This document shows, piece after piece, positions 44,800 to 53,149 of a stretch of 64,000 nucleotides of DNA. This stretch comes from a virus. The position numbers and the translations under genes were made by a program. The DNA is taken from positions 41,160 to 105,159 of the IMG/VR virus record IMGVR_UViG_3300025598_000024; one strand, given 5' to 3'. Each line of letters begins with the position of its first letter. Positions within the stretch are counted from its first letter, which is position 1. The notes beneath the pieces were generated by a model. It made no database searches, had not been told where the DNA came from, and saw nothing but the letters and a program-made list of their open reading frames with translations.

Positions 44800-45690
44800 T
44801 TAAACTCCTCCAAGGTTGGCTGAAGCGTACTGAAAATGCGGCCTTGCTGGATTGATAAACATTCGTGGGATAAGACCACCAGCAACCAGCAGGCTTCGCT
44901 TGCTTCCTACCATGAAGCTACGCTTCATCTGACGCAGCTGCTTGTCAGCGATTTCCTTGTCGAACAGATATAGCTGCCACCAGCGTTGGTAGTAGTCACG
45001 ACGATCCATCCAGGCAGCATTCATACCGTTGGGTGTGGGCTGCTCGATGTAGTTACGAGCGATGTGTTTCAGAAAGTGAGCATAGGTCTGGCTGGCCAGA
45101 ACGCCGTACCAGTTACTGGGGAAGATCACCGCAGCATTAGCACCTATCTCATAGGCTGGATTGAATACTGGTTGAAACTCAAAATTGATATAGTCAATGG
45201 CTTCTGTGCTCATTACCATGGCAACTTCTTCGTACATCAAGAAACCACTCTGCTGCATCTCCTGCAGGTAAGGGCCACCACTGGTGCTGTCAAAACTTTT
45301 GTCCAGTCGGTGTACTATTCCTGCTGCCAGCTGACGCTCATCATAACTCAGATTGCTCCAGTATGGCATCTGATCTGTTATGACCAGTTGATCAGTGTAC
45401 TGCCTGTCACTGCCATTCACTGTGTATTGCCAGTTGACGTTATAGTTGCCCTGGATAGCAGTCTGTGAGCTGTCCAACATATACTGGAAGGTCCCAGTAG
45501 ATTCTTGAGTAGCGTATGTGCCACTGGGAACTATTGTCAGACTACCGTCAGTGCTGGTTATGCTCAGACTTACATCAGGAAAAGTATTACCGCTCACCGT
45601 GATAAGATCAGGGTCAGTTAGAACCCCGTTAGAATAGGTCATTATACCAACGGGTTCTACTGCATACTGTGGGAACGGACGTACTCTCAT
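44800..45690 (-). CDS. head-to-tail adaptor-like protein
   Basis: position; D.FDS..GGP.L..., DRRDY..RW. Confidence 0.6.
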   Translation of the reverse strand: MRVRPFPQYAVEPVGIMTYSNGVLTDPDLITVSGNTFPDVSLSITSTDGSLTIVPSGTYATQESTGTFQYMLDSSQTAIQGNYNVNWQYTVNGSDRQYTDQLVITDQMPYWSNLSYDERQLAAGIVHRLDKSFDSTSGGPYLQEMQQSGFLMYEEVAMVMSTEAIDYINFEFQPVFNPAYEIGANAAVIFPSNWYGVLASQTYAHFLKHIARNYIEQPTPNGMNAAWMDRRDYYQRWWQLYLFDKEIADKQLRQMKRSFMVGSKRSLLVAGGLIPRMFINPARPHFQYASANLGGV

Positions 45691-46586
45691 CAGCCTATGC
45701 CAGTCACTTGTAGAACTGCATATGCTGACCCTATATTGGTAGCAGGTTGACCAGGTGTATTGCTTATAAGAAAGCTAAACAATACTGGATTTCTAGAACT
45801 AGCTATATAAGTAGCCATTTGGCTGTATTCGTTGGCGGTCTGGTAAGTAGTTGCTTGTATTATACTCGGATAAGATGTGCTAAATGTTATTCCACCAGCC
45901 TGTAAAGCTATAGTAGCTACTCCACCGGATGCAGCAGCGAACACAGCTACTCTACCCCATACTTGATAGGTTAGATGTCCTGACATTGTTATAGTCACGA
46001 TAGCATTGCTATTTGTTCCAGCATTATTGTTATAAACTGGACCGTTACCATACGCACCAGATGTAGTTATTGATAAAGGAACTATATTACTGCCACTTAT
46101 CGCTAGTATCTGACCATCAGCTCCACCAACGATTGAGTTGTTAGCAGCAAAAGTACTGCCACTTATTGTAATTCCACTGATAGTGTTGGTGAATGCTGCA
46201 CCACTGGCGCTAGTACCAACCAATAACTGACCAGATGCTGGAGTGGGGAAATCACCATTGGCGATCTGGTTGCTGATGCCAAAGTCACTGGATAGTGGAC
46301 CAGCGACCCATTGCGTTCCTGCGCTGCCGCTGGTAGCAGTGGTTCCTTCGCGGCCTCTGCCACCGCTGATTGTAATAACGTTTACTGTACCAGTGGTGCT
46401 GACGTTGGTTACATAAATGATCTCGCCACTAGCAGTAACACCGTTATAACCAGGATTAATAACAACAGGCAGATAGGTTCCAGTGGTCAGCTGGCTGGGG
46501 AAGCCAGTGCCAGTGAATGTAGTCTGAGTGGTGTTGAAACCACTAAGCGTACCGTATAGAAAATTACCGCGATAACGAGATGCCAT
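45690..46586 (-). CDS. virion structural/fibre protein
   Basis: EII.VT...RG.EGT.A motif; S/T/G-rich. Confidence 0.6.
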   Translation of the reverse strand: MASRYRGNFLYGTLSGFNTTQTTFTGTGFPSQLTTGTYLPVVINPGYNGVTASGEIIYVTNVSTTGTVNVITISGGRGREGTTATSGSAGTQWVAGPLSSDFGISNQIANGDFPTPASGQLLVGTSASGAAFTNTISGITISGSTFAANNSIVGGADGQILAISGSNIVPLSITTSGAYGNGPVYNNNAGTNSNAIVTITMSGHLTYQVWGRVAVFAAASGGVATIALQAGGITFSTSYPSIIQATTYQTANEYSQMATYIASSRNPVLFSFLISNTPGQPATNIGSAYAVLQVTGIG

Positions 46587-46594
46587 GCTTTATC

Positions 46595-47101
46595 CTAGGC
46601 TAGCTTCCAGGCTGGACGTACTTTTGTTGTGTTGAAACGCAGGAAGGTTTGTGGCTGACGGCCATCTACTCCATAGCCCTGCTGAGCGGTGTGAACAGGA
46701 TGGTTTACCCAGGTGTAGCTGGGGTCACCCTGTTGACCGTGGCTGATGGTAAGGATGTCACCGTTGGTGTTGGATACAACCAGAGCTACGTGCTCACCGG
46801 TTCCAGGACCATATACAACTGCGTCACCCGGCATGGCCTGTGCGGCTGGAACATGAATACCGTGCTGCAATAGTGTGCCGGTATATCCCCAGCCAGCATA
46901 GTTAGCGCCGTTGGGGTCATTGGCTCCTGCACTGTAGTAGCATAGTGTGAAGAAGCCGCTGCAGTCGGTATTGACAGGCCAGACTGGCTTGCTCAGATGC
47001 TCGTAGGCCATACGGCCTGCGCCCTCGGTGTAGTTGAAGTGAGCCTTGTTGGCCAAGAACCACTTGCCATTTTGTACGATATCATATCTTGCGTCAGTCA
47101 T
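46595..47101 (-). CDS. NlpC/P60 peptidase, probable endolysin
   Basis: TDCSGF...Y..AG, GYTGTL, PGD.VVYG...EHVALV. Confidence 0.8.
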   Translation of the reverse strand: MTDARYDIVQNGKWFLANKAHFNYTEGAGRMAYEHLSKPVWPVNTDCSGFFTLCYYSAGANDPNGANYAGWGYTGTLLQHGIHVPAAQAMPGDAVVYGPGTGEHVALVVSNTNGDILTISHGQQGDPSYTWVNHPVHTAQQGYGVDGRQPQTFLRFNTTKVRPAWKLA

Positions 47102-47156
47102 TGTTTTCTCCTGTTTGGTCTGTATTACCTAGTGTAAAAGCAACGGGGTTTTACAT

Positions 47157-47681
47157 TCAAGTTGGGACAGTATCCCCACCAGCAGGACGATCTGGCTCGG
47201 CATAATCCTCTGGCACGGTCATTTCTGGTTCTGACCGCTCTTGCGAATCAGTTATTTGTTCTATTACGTAATCAGCTGCTGGTTGATCAAACTCATTGGT
47301 TATATTACCAACCGTGTCAACATTATTCTGGACTGTATAACCACCAACAGGAACGGCAAGTTTGTAAATGCTTATCGTTGGGTTGGTAGTACTGATCTTG
47401 AATGAGAAGATGACAGTCTTGTTAGCCAGATCAGACAGCTTGAAAAGCTCATTCAGCTTTATATGAAGGCTTGTTCTAGTTCTAACACTGTCTAGCAGGA
47501 CTAGTTCATCGCTGGTAAAAGTATGCAAATAATGTATTTTTATAAAGCTGGCAGAGTCAGGCACTGGTATGGTGAATCGCTGACCGCCAAGCTTGAATGA
47601 TCCCAGTCTGGTTAGTCCTACCTGTGGTGTGATAGGTCTGCCACCAGTCAGATAGTCATTAGTTCTTCTGCTAGCACTCAT
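47157..47681 (-). CDS. hypothetical protein
   Basis: 174-aa ORF. Confidence 0.55.
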   Translation of the reverse strand: MSASRRTNDYLTGGRPITPQVGLTRLGSFKLGGQRFTIPVPDSASFIKIHYLHTFTSDELVLLDSVRTRTSLHIKLNELFKLSDLANKTVIFSFKISTTNPTISIYKLAVPVGGYTVQNNVDTVGNITNEFDQPAADYVIEQITDSQERSEPEMTVPEDYAEPDRPAGGDTVPT

Positions 47682-47702
47682 AATTTTCTACCAGAATGAC
47701 CA

Positions 47703-47936
47703 TTAGTAATTACCAGTTAGAGTCATATAAACTTGGGGCGACCAATCAGATACTGTAAAGCTTGTGCTGAAAGCACCAAGTGCGGCTCCCGGCAGAGATG
47801 AACCAGCACTAGGTGCGCTAGTATATATGCACGAACCAATCGGTGTGCCAGCAGAGTCAAAGTTAGGTATGATTGGATCAATACCGGTTAGTGCTGCCAC
47901 TCTCATGTTAGTTGAAGTTGTTGCTGTGCCATGTCT
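47703..47936 (-). pseudogene. probable orphaned C-terminal fragment of a fibre gene
   Basis: open frame RHGTATTSTNMRVAALTG...; no RBS; in-frame TAG at 47937-47939. Confidence 0.4.
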
Positions 47937-47971
47937 CTAGCCTAGGTCAGTGGTGGGGTCCGAGGCCATGA

Positions 47972-49507
47972 TTAGTACCAGATCTCAATAATGCCAGCGG
48001 CACCGGCACCACCGGCTCCACCGGCACCTGAACCTGAGCCACCGTTGTAGGAACCGCCACCGCCGCCACCGCCACCGCAACCGGGTGTCGTTGCCGTTGC
48101 GCCTGTGCCGCCATTGACGGTTGGATTTGAGCCGGGATTTGTTATTTGGTAAGTGACCAATGCAGCATTCGCAGCGGCTGATGCAAGACCACCAAGACCG
48201 CCAGTAGTGGCCGTTGCCGCAGTGCCACCGGAGCCGCCGACTACGCCTTGATTAGGTGGTGCGGAGTTGGTGTTTGAGGGTCCGCCACTGCCGGGGTTGT
48301 TCTGTGACGATGAACTGTTGCCGCCGCTGCTTAGTCCGGCTGCTGCGTACATACCACCATTGGAGTTTGTTGTGGCGTTGGCGTTGCTTCCCGGTGCCGG
48401 TGCACCACCGTTGGCTTGTGCCAGCACTGTCGAAGTATTAGTGTCGGTCAGTTTAGTGGTACTACTACTATTACCACCGAACCCACCATTGTTGCCACCA
48501 GCAGCACCACCGGCTCCACCGGCTCCACCGGCTCCAATCGTGGCGGTCAACGTATGCCCAGCAGTCACGGCAACGTTGACGATTTTGACTTCACCGCCAC
48601 CGCCACCGCCGGCTCCCACTTGGAGAACATTGGTACTCGGTGAGCCGCCACCACCGCCACCGGCTCCACCGCCGACTAGTCGAACAATGACGTTGCTAAT
48701 GCCACTCGGGACAACCCATGTGCTACCAGTGGTGGTAAGAGCAACGTAAGCGGTACCGGAAACACCTTGGAACCCTTGGTTGCCCTGCGTACCCTGCGTC
48801 CCCTGATTACCTTGGAAGCCTTGGTTCCCCTGGAAACCTTGAAAGCCTTGGAAACCTTGATAGCCCTGAGTCCCTTGATAGCCTTGATTGCCTTGTACTC
48901 CCTGGTAACCCTGATATCCCTGATTTCCTTGATAACCTTGGTATCCCTGTGTACCTTTAAGACCTTGATAGCCCTGACTGCCCTGGTAACCTTGATTTCC
49001 TTGGGTTCCCTGCGGTCCAGGAATAGGCACAAAGATTGCTGTCTTGTCGATATACCAGGTATTGCTAACTGCAGTGAACGCAGCTGTCCCAGGCACATAG
49101 ATCTCACCAATAAGCATGGTGCCAGCCGGTACAGCTGGCTTGACCGGAGGATCAGTGATGCTACCATTGTTCCATCCAGCCAGTGTTATAGCAGTGCCCT
49201 GAACGACTGATACTGTTGTGCCACTGACAACTACAATGTCACGACGGTCTCCCGTGCTAGCAGCAACGGTTGTAAAGCTTGCTGCTGAGACACTGGTATT
49301 TGTTCCACTGATGGAATATGTTCCAGGCGTTAGATTGCCACTGATCACAGTGCCACTGGGGTTGGTCAGGTTCCCTGACAGCTGGAAGCCACTGATAACA
49401 CCGGTTGCCTGGCCGAGCAGGTACAAAGAGCTAAGGTCGGTATTATCCAGTACAGCCTGAGCTGGCCAGGTTGGATTGTTCTGTGATTCGGGAATGATCA
49501 AAGCCAT
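47972..49507 (-). CDS. collagen-like fibre protein with glycine-rich C-terminal domain
   Basis: R.D.VV..GT..V..GT...P.KP..P N-domain; about 28 G-x-Q triplets; W.VP.G....V.LVGGG.GGG domain. Confidence 0.8.
   Translation of the reverse strand: MALIIPESQNNPTWPAQAVLDNTDLSSLYLLGQATGVISGFQLSGNLTNPSGTVISGNLTPGTYSISGTNTSVSAASFTTVAASTGDRRDIVVVSGTTVSVVQGTAITLAGWNNGSITDPPVKPAVPAGTMLIGEIYVPGTAAFTAVSNTWYIDKTAIFVPIPGPQGTQGNQGYQGSQGYQGLKGTQGYQGYQGNQGYQGYQGVQGNQGYQGTQGYQGFQGFQGFQGNQGFQGNQGTQGTQGNQGFQGVSGTAYVALTTTGSTWVVPSGISNVIVRLVGGGAGGGGGGSPSTNVLQVGAGGGGGGEVKIVNVAVTAGHTLTATIGAGGAGGAGGAAGGNNGGFGGNSSSTTKLTDTNTSTVLAQANGGAPAPGSNANATTNSNGGMYAAAGLSSGGNSSSSQNNPGSGGPSNTNSAPPNQGVVGGSGGTAATATTGGLGGLASAAANAALVTYQITNPGSNPTVNGGTGATATTPGCGGGGGGGGSYNGGSGSGAGGAGGAGAAGIIEIWY
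48765..49019 (-). repeat. collagen (G-x-Q)n 9-bp-period repeat
   Basis: GPQ GTQ GNQ GYQ ... GFQ. Confidence 0.9.
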
Positions 49508-49509
49508 GG

Positions 49510-50238
49510 TTATGGTCCAGTGATCTGCTCGGTTACTGTTATCTGGTCACCAATCGAGCTCAGTGTAGCACTGGTGCTAAACGGAGTGGCGAACATAAGC
49601 CCGGTATAGCCAGTTCCAGAAACAGTTCCACGTGTATTAAAGATGCCAACACCATTGATGGTCGATGGGATCGTGTCTGATGCACCAACTGTGAACACAC
49701 TGGTAAGAGTTACAACAGTGCTACCACTGGTTGCTGTGGTTGTCGGTGCAGCACTGATGGCTACAACACTGGGTTTGCGCATAAGACCGCTGGTAGTGAT
49801 CTCACCCGGCAAATTGATAGTGGAGTTGGTAACAGCATTCATGTTGCCACTGCCCAGTGCCATGTACCAACTGGGTGTTGTACCGGTGAACAGCATGTAG
49901 TTGCTAGCTGTTCCTGGAACACTGCCCGGAGTGCTACCATCGGTTCCTGGTGTGTACCACTGGTCTACAGTGACATTGCATGGACCAAATGCAGCAGCTG
50001 GGTTGTTAATAACATTTGCATATACAACTGCACCGGTGCCAGATGTAACTACTACAAGTGTGTAACCTTGTAGTGCTCCACTGGTAACAACAATGTTATT
50101 AATGGTATAGCTGTTAGAGGTTGCGGTGCTACCGGCACCAGCCCATGAAACAGGAGTGCCACCGGATACAGTTGTACTCCAGCTACCGGCACCAAACAGG
50201 CCACGGGCCCACATCAAACGCCCCTGGTTAACAATCAT
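49510..50238 (-). CDS. virion structural protein
   Basis: YMALG.G, L.GE....GL.R, I..VGIF, GD.I.VT. Confidence 0.6.
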   Translation of the reverse strand: MIVNQGRLMWARGLFGAGSWSTTVSGGTPVSWAGAGSTATSNSYTINNIVVTSGALQGYTLVVVTSGTGAVVYANVINNPAAAFGPCNVTVDQWYTPGTDGSTPGSVPGTASNYMLFTGTTPSWYMALGSGNMNAVTNSTINLPGEITTSGLMRKPSVVAISAAPTTTATSGSTVVTLTSVFTVGASDTIPSTINGVGIFNTRGTVSGTGYTGLMFATPFSTSATLSSIGDQITVTEQITGP

Positions 50239-50600
50239 TGTTGCTCCTCTGGGATGTCATTAAGCGTGTAGTGGGTCTGCTCGTAGTCGTCAGGGCGGCC
50301 ACCAACGCCATAGAAATCTTGTAGCTGCTTTTGCAGGATGGCATTATCGCTCCACACCCAGAGAGGTGTGCCATAGCCATGAGAGTCCCAAGCACCACTG
50401 CCATGAACAACGGCGATAAAGGCCTCGTGACCTGGTAGCTGGGTGATATCCGGACGGCGAGCGAACTCGAGTGCTATTTCCCGAACGTCTTCATCAGTGA
50501 CAGTATAGCTGTCAGGTATGGTTATGTAAGTTACTGTTGGCGCAGAATCGTCAGGGATGGCGGCGAGCTTTGGGTACTGATTGCCTAGTTGTACCTGCAT
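50235..50600 (-). CDS. hypothetical protein
   Basis: coupled ORF. Confidence 0.6.
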   Translation of the reverse strand: MQVQLGNQYPKLAAIPDDSAPTVTYITIPDSYTVTDEDVREIALEFARRPDITQLPGHEAFIAVVHGSGAWDSHGYGTPLWVWSDNAILQKQLQDFYGVGGRPDDYEQTHYTLNDIPEEQQ

Positions 50601-50608
50601 TTTTTACC

Positions 50609-51232
50609 TTAAATAAACTGGATACTAGCACTTACCAACATCGTATCGCCGGGATTAAGAATCACACCATCAGCAAAGCTGGACTTCAAGAACATCTTGC
50701 CATTCGCAGTGTTGTTCCCACCTACTATGCGAGTTCCAGCGGGTATTACATTGGTACTGATAGGGCTGCCGTTGGCATGGCGAGTAATAGTAAGAGTATT
50801 CCCCGTGCCAGATACAACTGTCATTACCTCACTGAGCACCTGTACATCAAAAGGATATGTACCAGGAAAAACACTGGCATCTGAGACACTAACCGTTGTG
50901 GCACCAGGATTAAGCTGAGCTGTTAGTACAGTGTCAGCAGAGCTGGTTGATCCGTTAAAAAGCCCCAGGTTGGTTATAACCTGTGGGCCACTACTGGTTA
51001 GAGCAGCGGTGAGAACCAGAGTATCGTTAGTTGTGAACGTGGTCTGGAAACTACCAGACACCGCAACTCTTGGTCCAGATGGATTGCTAATGCTTTCATC
51101 TGTTCCCAGGGCTGGCGCTGCTCCAGTACCCCATTGCATGTATCTAGGCTGGGCAGCAGAGTATCCGCTCCCAACTAACACTGCAGTCAGGTTACTTCTC
51201 ACCTGACTGGTCAAGGCTGTGGTTATCATCAT
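50609..51232 (-). CDS. virion structural protein
   Basis: P.Y..WGTG, TTNDT, IT..GLF, L..GD; AAGGA RBS. Confidence 0.6.
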   Translation of the reverse strand: MMITTALTSQVRSNLTAVLVGSGYSAAQPRYMQWGTGAAPALGTDESISNPSGPRVAVSGSFQTTFTTNDTLVLTAALTSSGPQVITNLGLFNGSTSSADTVLTAQLNPGATTVSVSDASVFPGTYPFDVQVLSEVMTVVSGTGNTLTITRHANGSPISTNVIPAGTRIVGGNNTANGKMFLKSSFADGVILNPGDTMLVSASIQFI

Positions 51233-51332
51233 CTTCCTTTGATGAAGTAACGGCACCCAGGAACTCCTGAGTACCGTCGCTTCTTATTATTTGTATTGAT
51301 ACGACACTTACGTTCGCAATAACTTCGTTCAT
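51192..51332 (-). CDS. small protein (46 aa, not in the ORF track)
   Basis: MNEVIANVSVVSIQIIRSDGTQEFLG...; TGATG coupling to the upstream stop. Confidence 0.5.
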   Translation of the reverse strand: MNEVIANVSVVSIQIIRSDGTQEFLGAVTSSKEDDDNHSLDQSGEK

Positions 51333-52075
51333 CAGCTGTTCTGGCGCCAGGTTCTCTTCTGAGCAGTCTGGTACAGGTTGCCACTGTATGTGGCAAAGTA
51401 ACCATCATACTCTTGTGTTTCGCTGGGGATGGTGTTGATCTGACGAACCTGCTGCTGCTGTGTGAGCGTGCCAGTGGTTGTGATCGTGGTGCCACCGGTA
51501 AGGATGGTGCTGTTAGAGATCATACCACCAAAGCCAACAGGGTAGTAGTGAACCGTTGCGTCATCGATCCAGTTGGGAGTAGCGTTAGGCGTGCCTACAT
51601 AGCTGGGGTAGCTTGTGCCCAGAGCACCGGATAGTGATACAGCCGTAAGAGTTGGAGGAGTACCTGTACCGCTGACCACTGATAGAATAATACCGCTGGG
51701 TACAATAATGTCAACAACAGCACCACCATTAGCTGCACCGGTGTTACCCTTGAGCAGCTGAGCAGGGCCAGCATTAACAAAGAAGTTGCTTGCACTCAGA
51801 GGACCAGCAGCAAGAGCAGAAACCAGGTCACTTACCTTGGCTGTTCCAGTGATGGTGGTGGTCTTAACACCGGTACCAGTACCACTGATGGTGAAGCTGC
51901 CAGTACTGAGCACACCGGTCAAGCGCAGGATACCACTGGCCTGAGCAAATGCATTGACCAGGTTGGCCTCGTCAATTGGAGGGTTAGGGTTTGCAGGAGT
52001 AACGCCACCACGTGTTTGAGCACGCAGCGTGGCTTTGTTGGCCTGCTCCTGAGAAACGTTTGGGGTTATTGGCAT
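51332..52075 (-). CDS. virion structural protein
   Basis: S/T/G-rich; head region. Confidence 0.55.
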   Translation of the reverse strand: MPITPNVSQEQANKATLRAQTRGGVTPANPNPPIDEANLVNAFAQASGILRLTGVLSTGSFTISGTGTGVKTTTITGTAKVSDLVSALAAGPLSASNFFVNAGPAQLLKGNTGAANGGAVVDIIVPSGIILSVVSGTGTPPTLTAVSLSGALGTSYPSYVGTPNATPNWIDDATVHYYPVGFGGMISNSTILTGGTTITTTGTLTQQQQVRQINTIPSETQEYDGYFATYSGNLYQTAQKRTWRQNS

Positions 52076-52128
52076 TATATGTCACCTATTCTTTTAAAAG
52101 ATTTACTGGATAGTGAGTGCACAGAACT

Positions 52129-52407
52129 CTAGAAGCCTCTGTTGGTAGTGTTGTACTGGTCGTTCTGGAATACAAATCCAGTATTATTCTGACCAGCCCA
52201 ACCAGTTCCGCTAAGAACTGGGCTTGCAAAGCCGCTTACAACAGCTCCAGGGAATGTTTGTGGTAGCCAGACATTGAACCAGGGCTGGTTAGAGTACGTG
52301 GTACCGCTAAGCACAGTACCGCTAGGAATTACTGCCTTTAGCGATCCACTGTCGGCAACGAAGGTCTCTTCTACAGGGGCTGCTGCTTTTTCTGTTTTGT
52401 CGCTCAT
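52129..52407 (-). CDS. small structural protein
   Basis: AAGGAG RBS; SG-rich. Confidence 0.55.
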   Translation of the reverse strand: MSDKTEKAAAPVEETFVADSGSLKAVIPSGTVLSGTTYSNQPWFNVWLPQTFPGAVVSGFASPVLSGTGWAGQNNTGFVFQNDQYNTTNRGF

Positions 52408-52446
52408 GCGTGCTCCTTATGATATGTAGAGCAACAGCCCTACTAT

Positions 52447-53013
52447 CTACTTGTTCGGTTTAGGCTTTGGGTTACTAGTGCTATTATTCCAAACTTGCTC
52501 CCAACTCTGGCTTGGGCCCTTGGGCTCTGCCTCGTCTGGAAGATCAATCTTGTACATGCCATTGTTATCGCTAGCACCAACAGACAGGCTCTCGCGAAGT
52601 CGATCCAGGTGGCTTTCACTAGAATCGCTCTCATCAACGAGAGTTGAGATCTTTTCCATGGCATCATCTTCACTCAGAAAAGCGATTCTGCCACGTTGTA
52701 CAGCCCGCAGAACGTATGGGTCCTGACGGATGTCTGCAGAAATAGGTTGAATACTGCCATGATAACCAGCAGCGGACAACTTAAAACTGCCCTTATCACT
52801 GCGGAAAAGCGTGCTGCCTGTCATCAGGTTCTCAATCCAGTCATTGGTCTGGATGTTCTTGAGTCCCTGAAAGTTTACAGCACCACTACTTCTTGCAGCG
52901 CTAAGGTCTGATGGATCTGGACGATGCTCTTCAAAGTGACCGCCAAGATCCGTTACCGGAAGGCTGACGCTCTCGCTGCTGACATCGCTGGATCGTGATA
53001 CGCTTCTTGCCAT
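52447..53013 (-). CDS. hypothetical protein downstream of the capsid gene
   Basis: AAGGAG RBS. Confidence 0.65.
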   Translation of the reverse strand: MARSVSRSSDVSSESVSLPVTDLGGHFEEHRPDPSDLSAARSSGAVNFQGLKNIQTNDWIENLMTGSTLFRSDKGSFKLSAAGYHGSIQPISADIRQDPYVLRAVQRGRIAFLSEDDAMEKISTLVDESDSSESHLDRLRESLSVGASDNNGMYKIDLPDEAEPKGPSQSWEQVWNNSTSNPKPKPNK

Positions 53014-53094
53014 TTTTATTCTCCTTGTTTCAAGGGGCTTGGCTGCCCTAACAGATCTAGGAATTCTAGAAGTGTTTTATATAACACAGCAAGT

Positions 53095-53132
53095 GCCGGG
53101 GCGATTTGCTTTCGCAGGGATCGCTCCCCGGC
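53095..53132 (-). terminator. GC-rich hairpin after the capsid stop (GAAA tetraloop)
   Basis: GCCGGGG-A-GCGAT-CCC-TGC-GAAA-GCA-A-ATCGC-CCCGGC; no clear U tract. Confidence 0.55.
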
Positions 53133-53149
53133 TAATGCTGCAGGTACTA

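Noticed and set aside
47937-47939. In-frame TAG as evidence of stop-codon reassignment
   Set aside because: TAG ends many genes normally, coding density is high under code 11 and there is no suppressor tRNA
48765-49019. CRISPR array or DGR repeat
   Set aside because: 9-bp-period in-frame collagen coding; no spacers, cas genes or reverse transcriptase anywhere in the window
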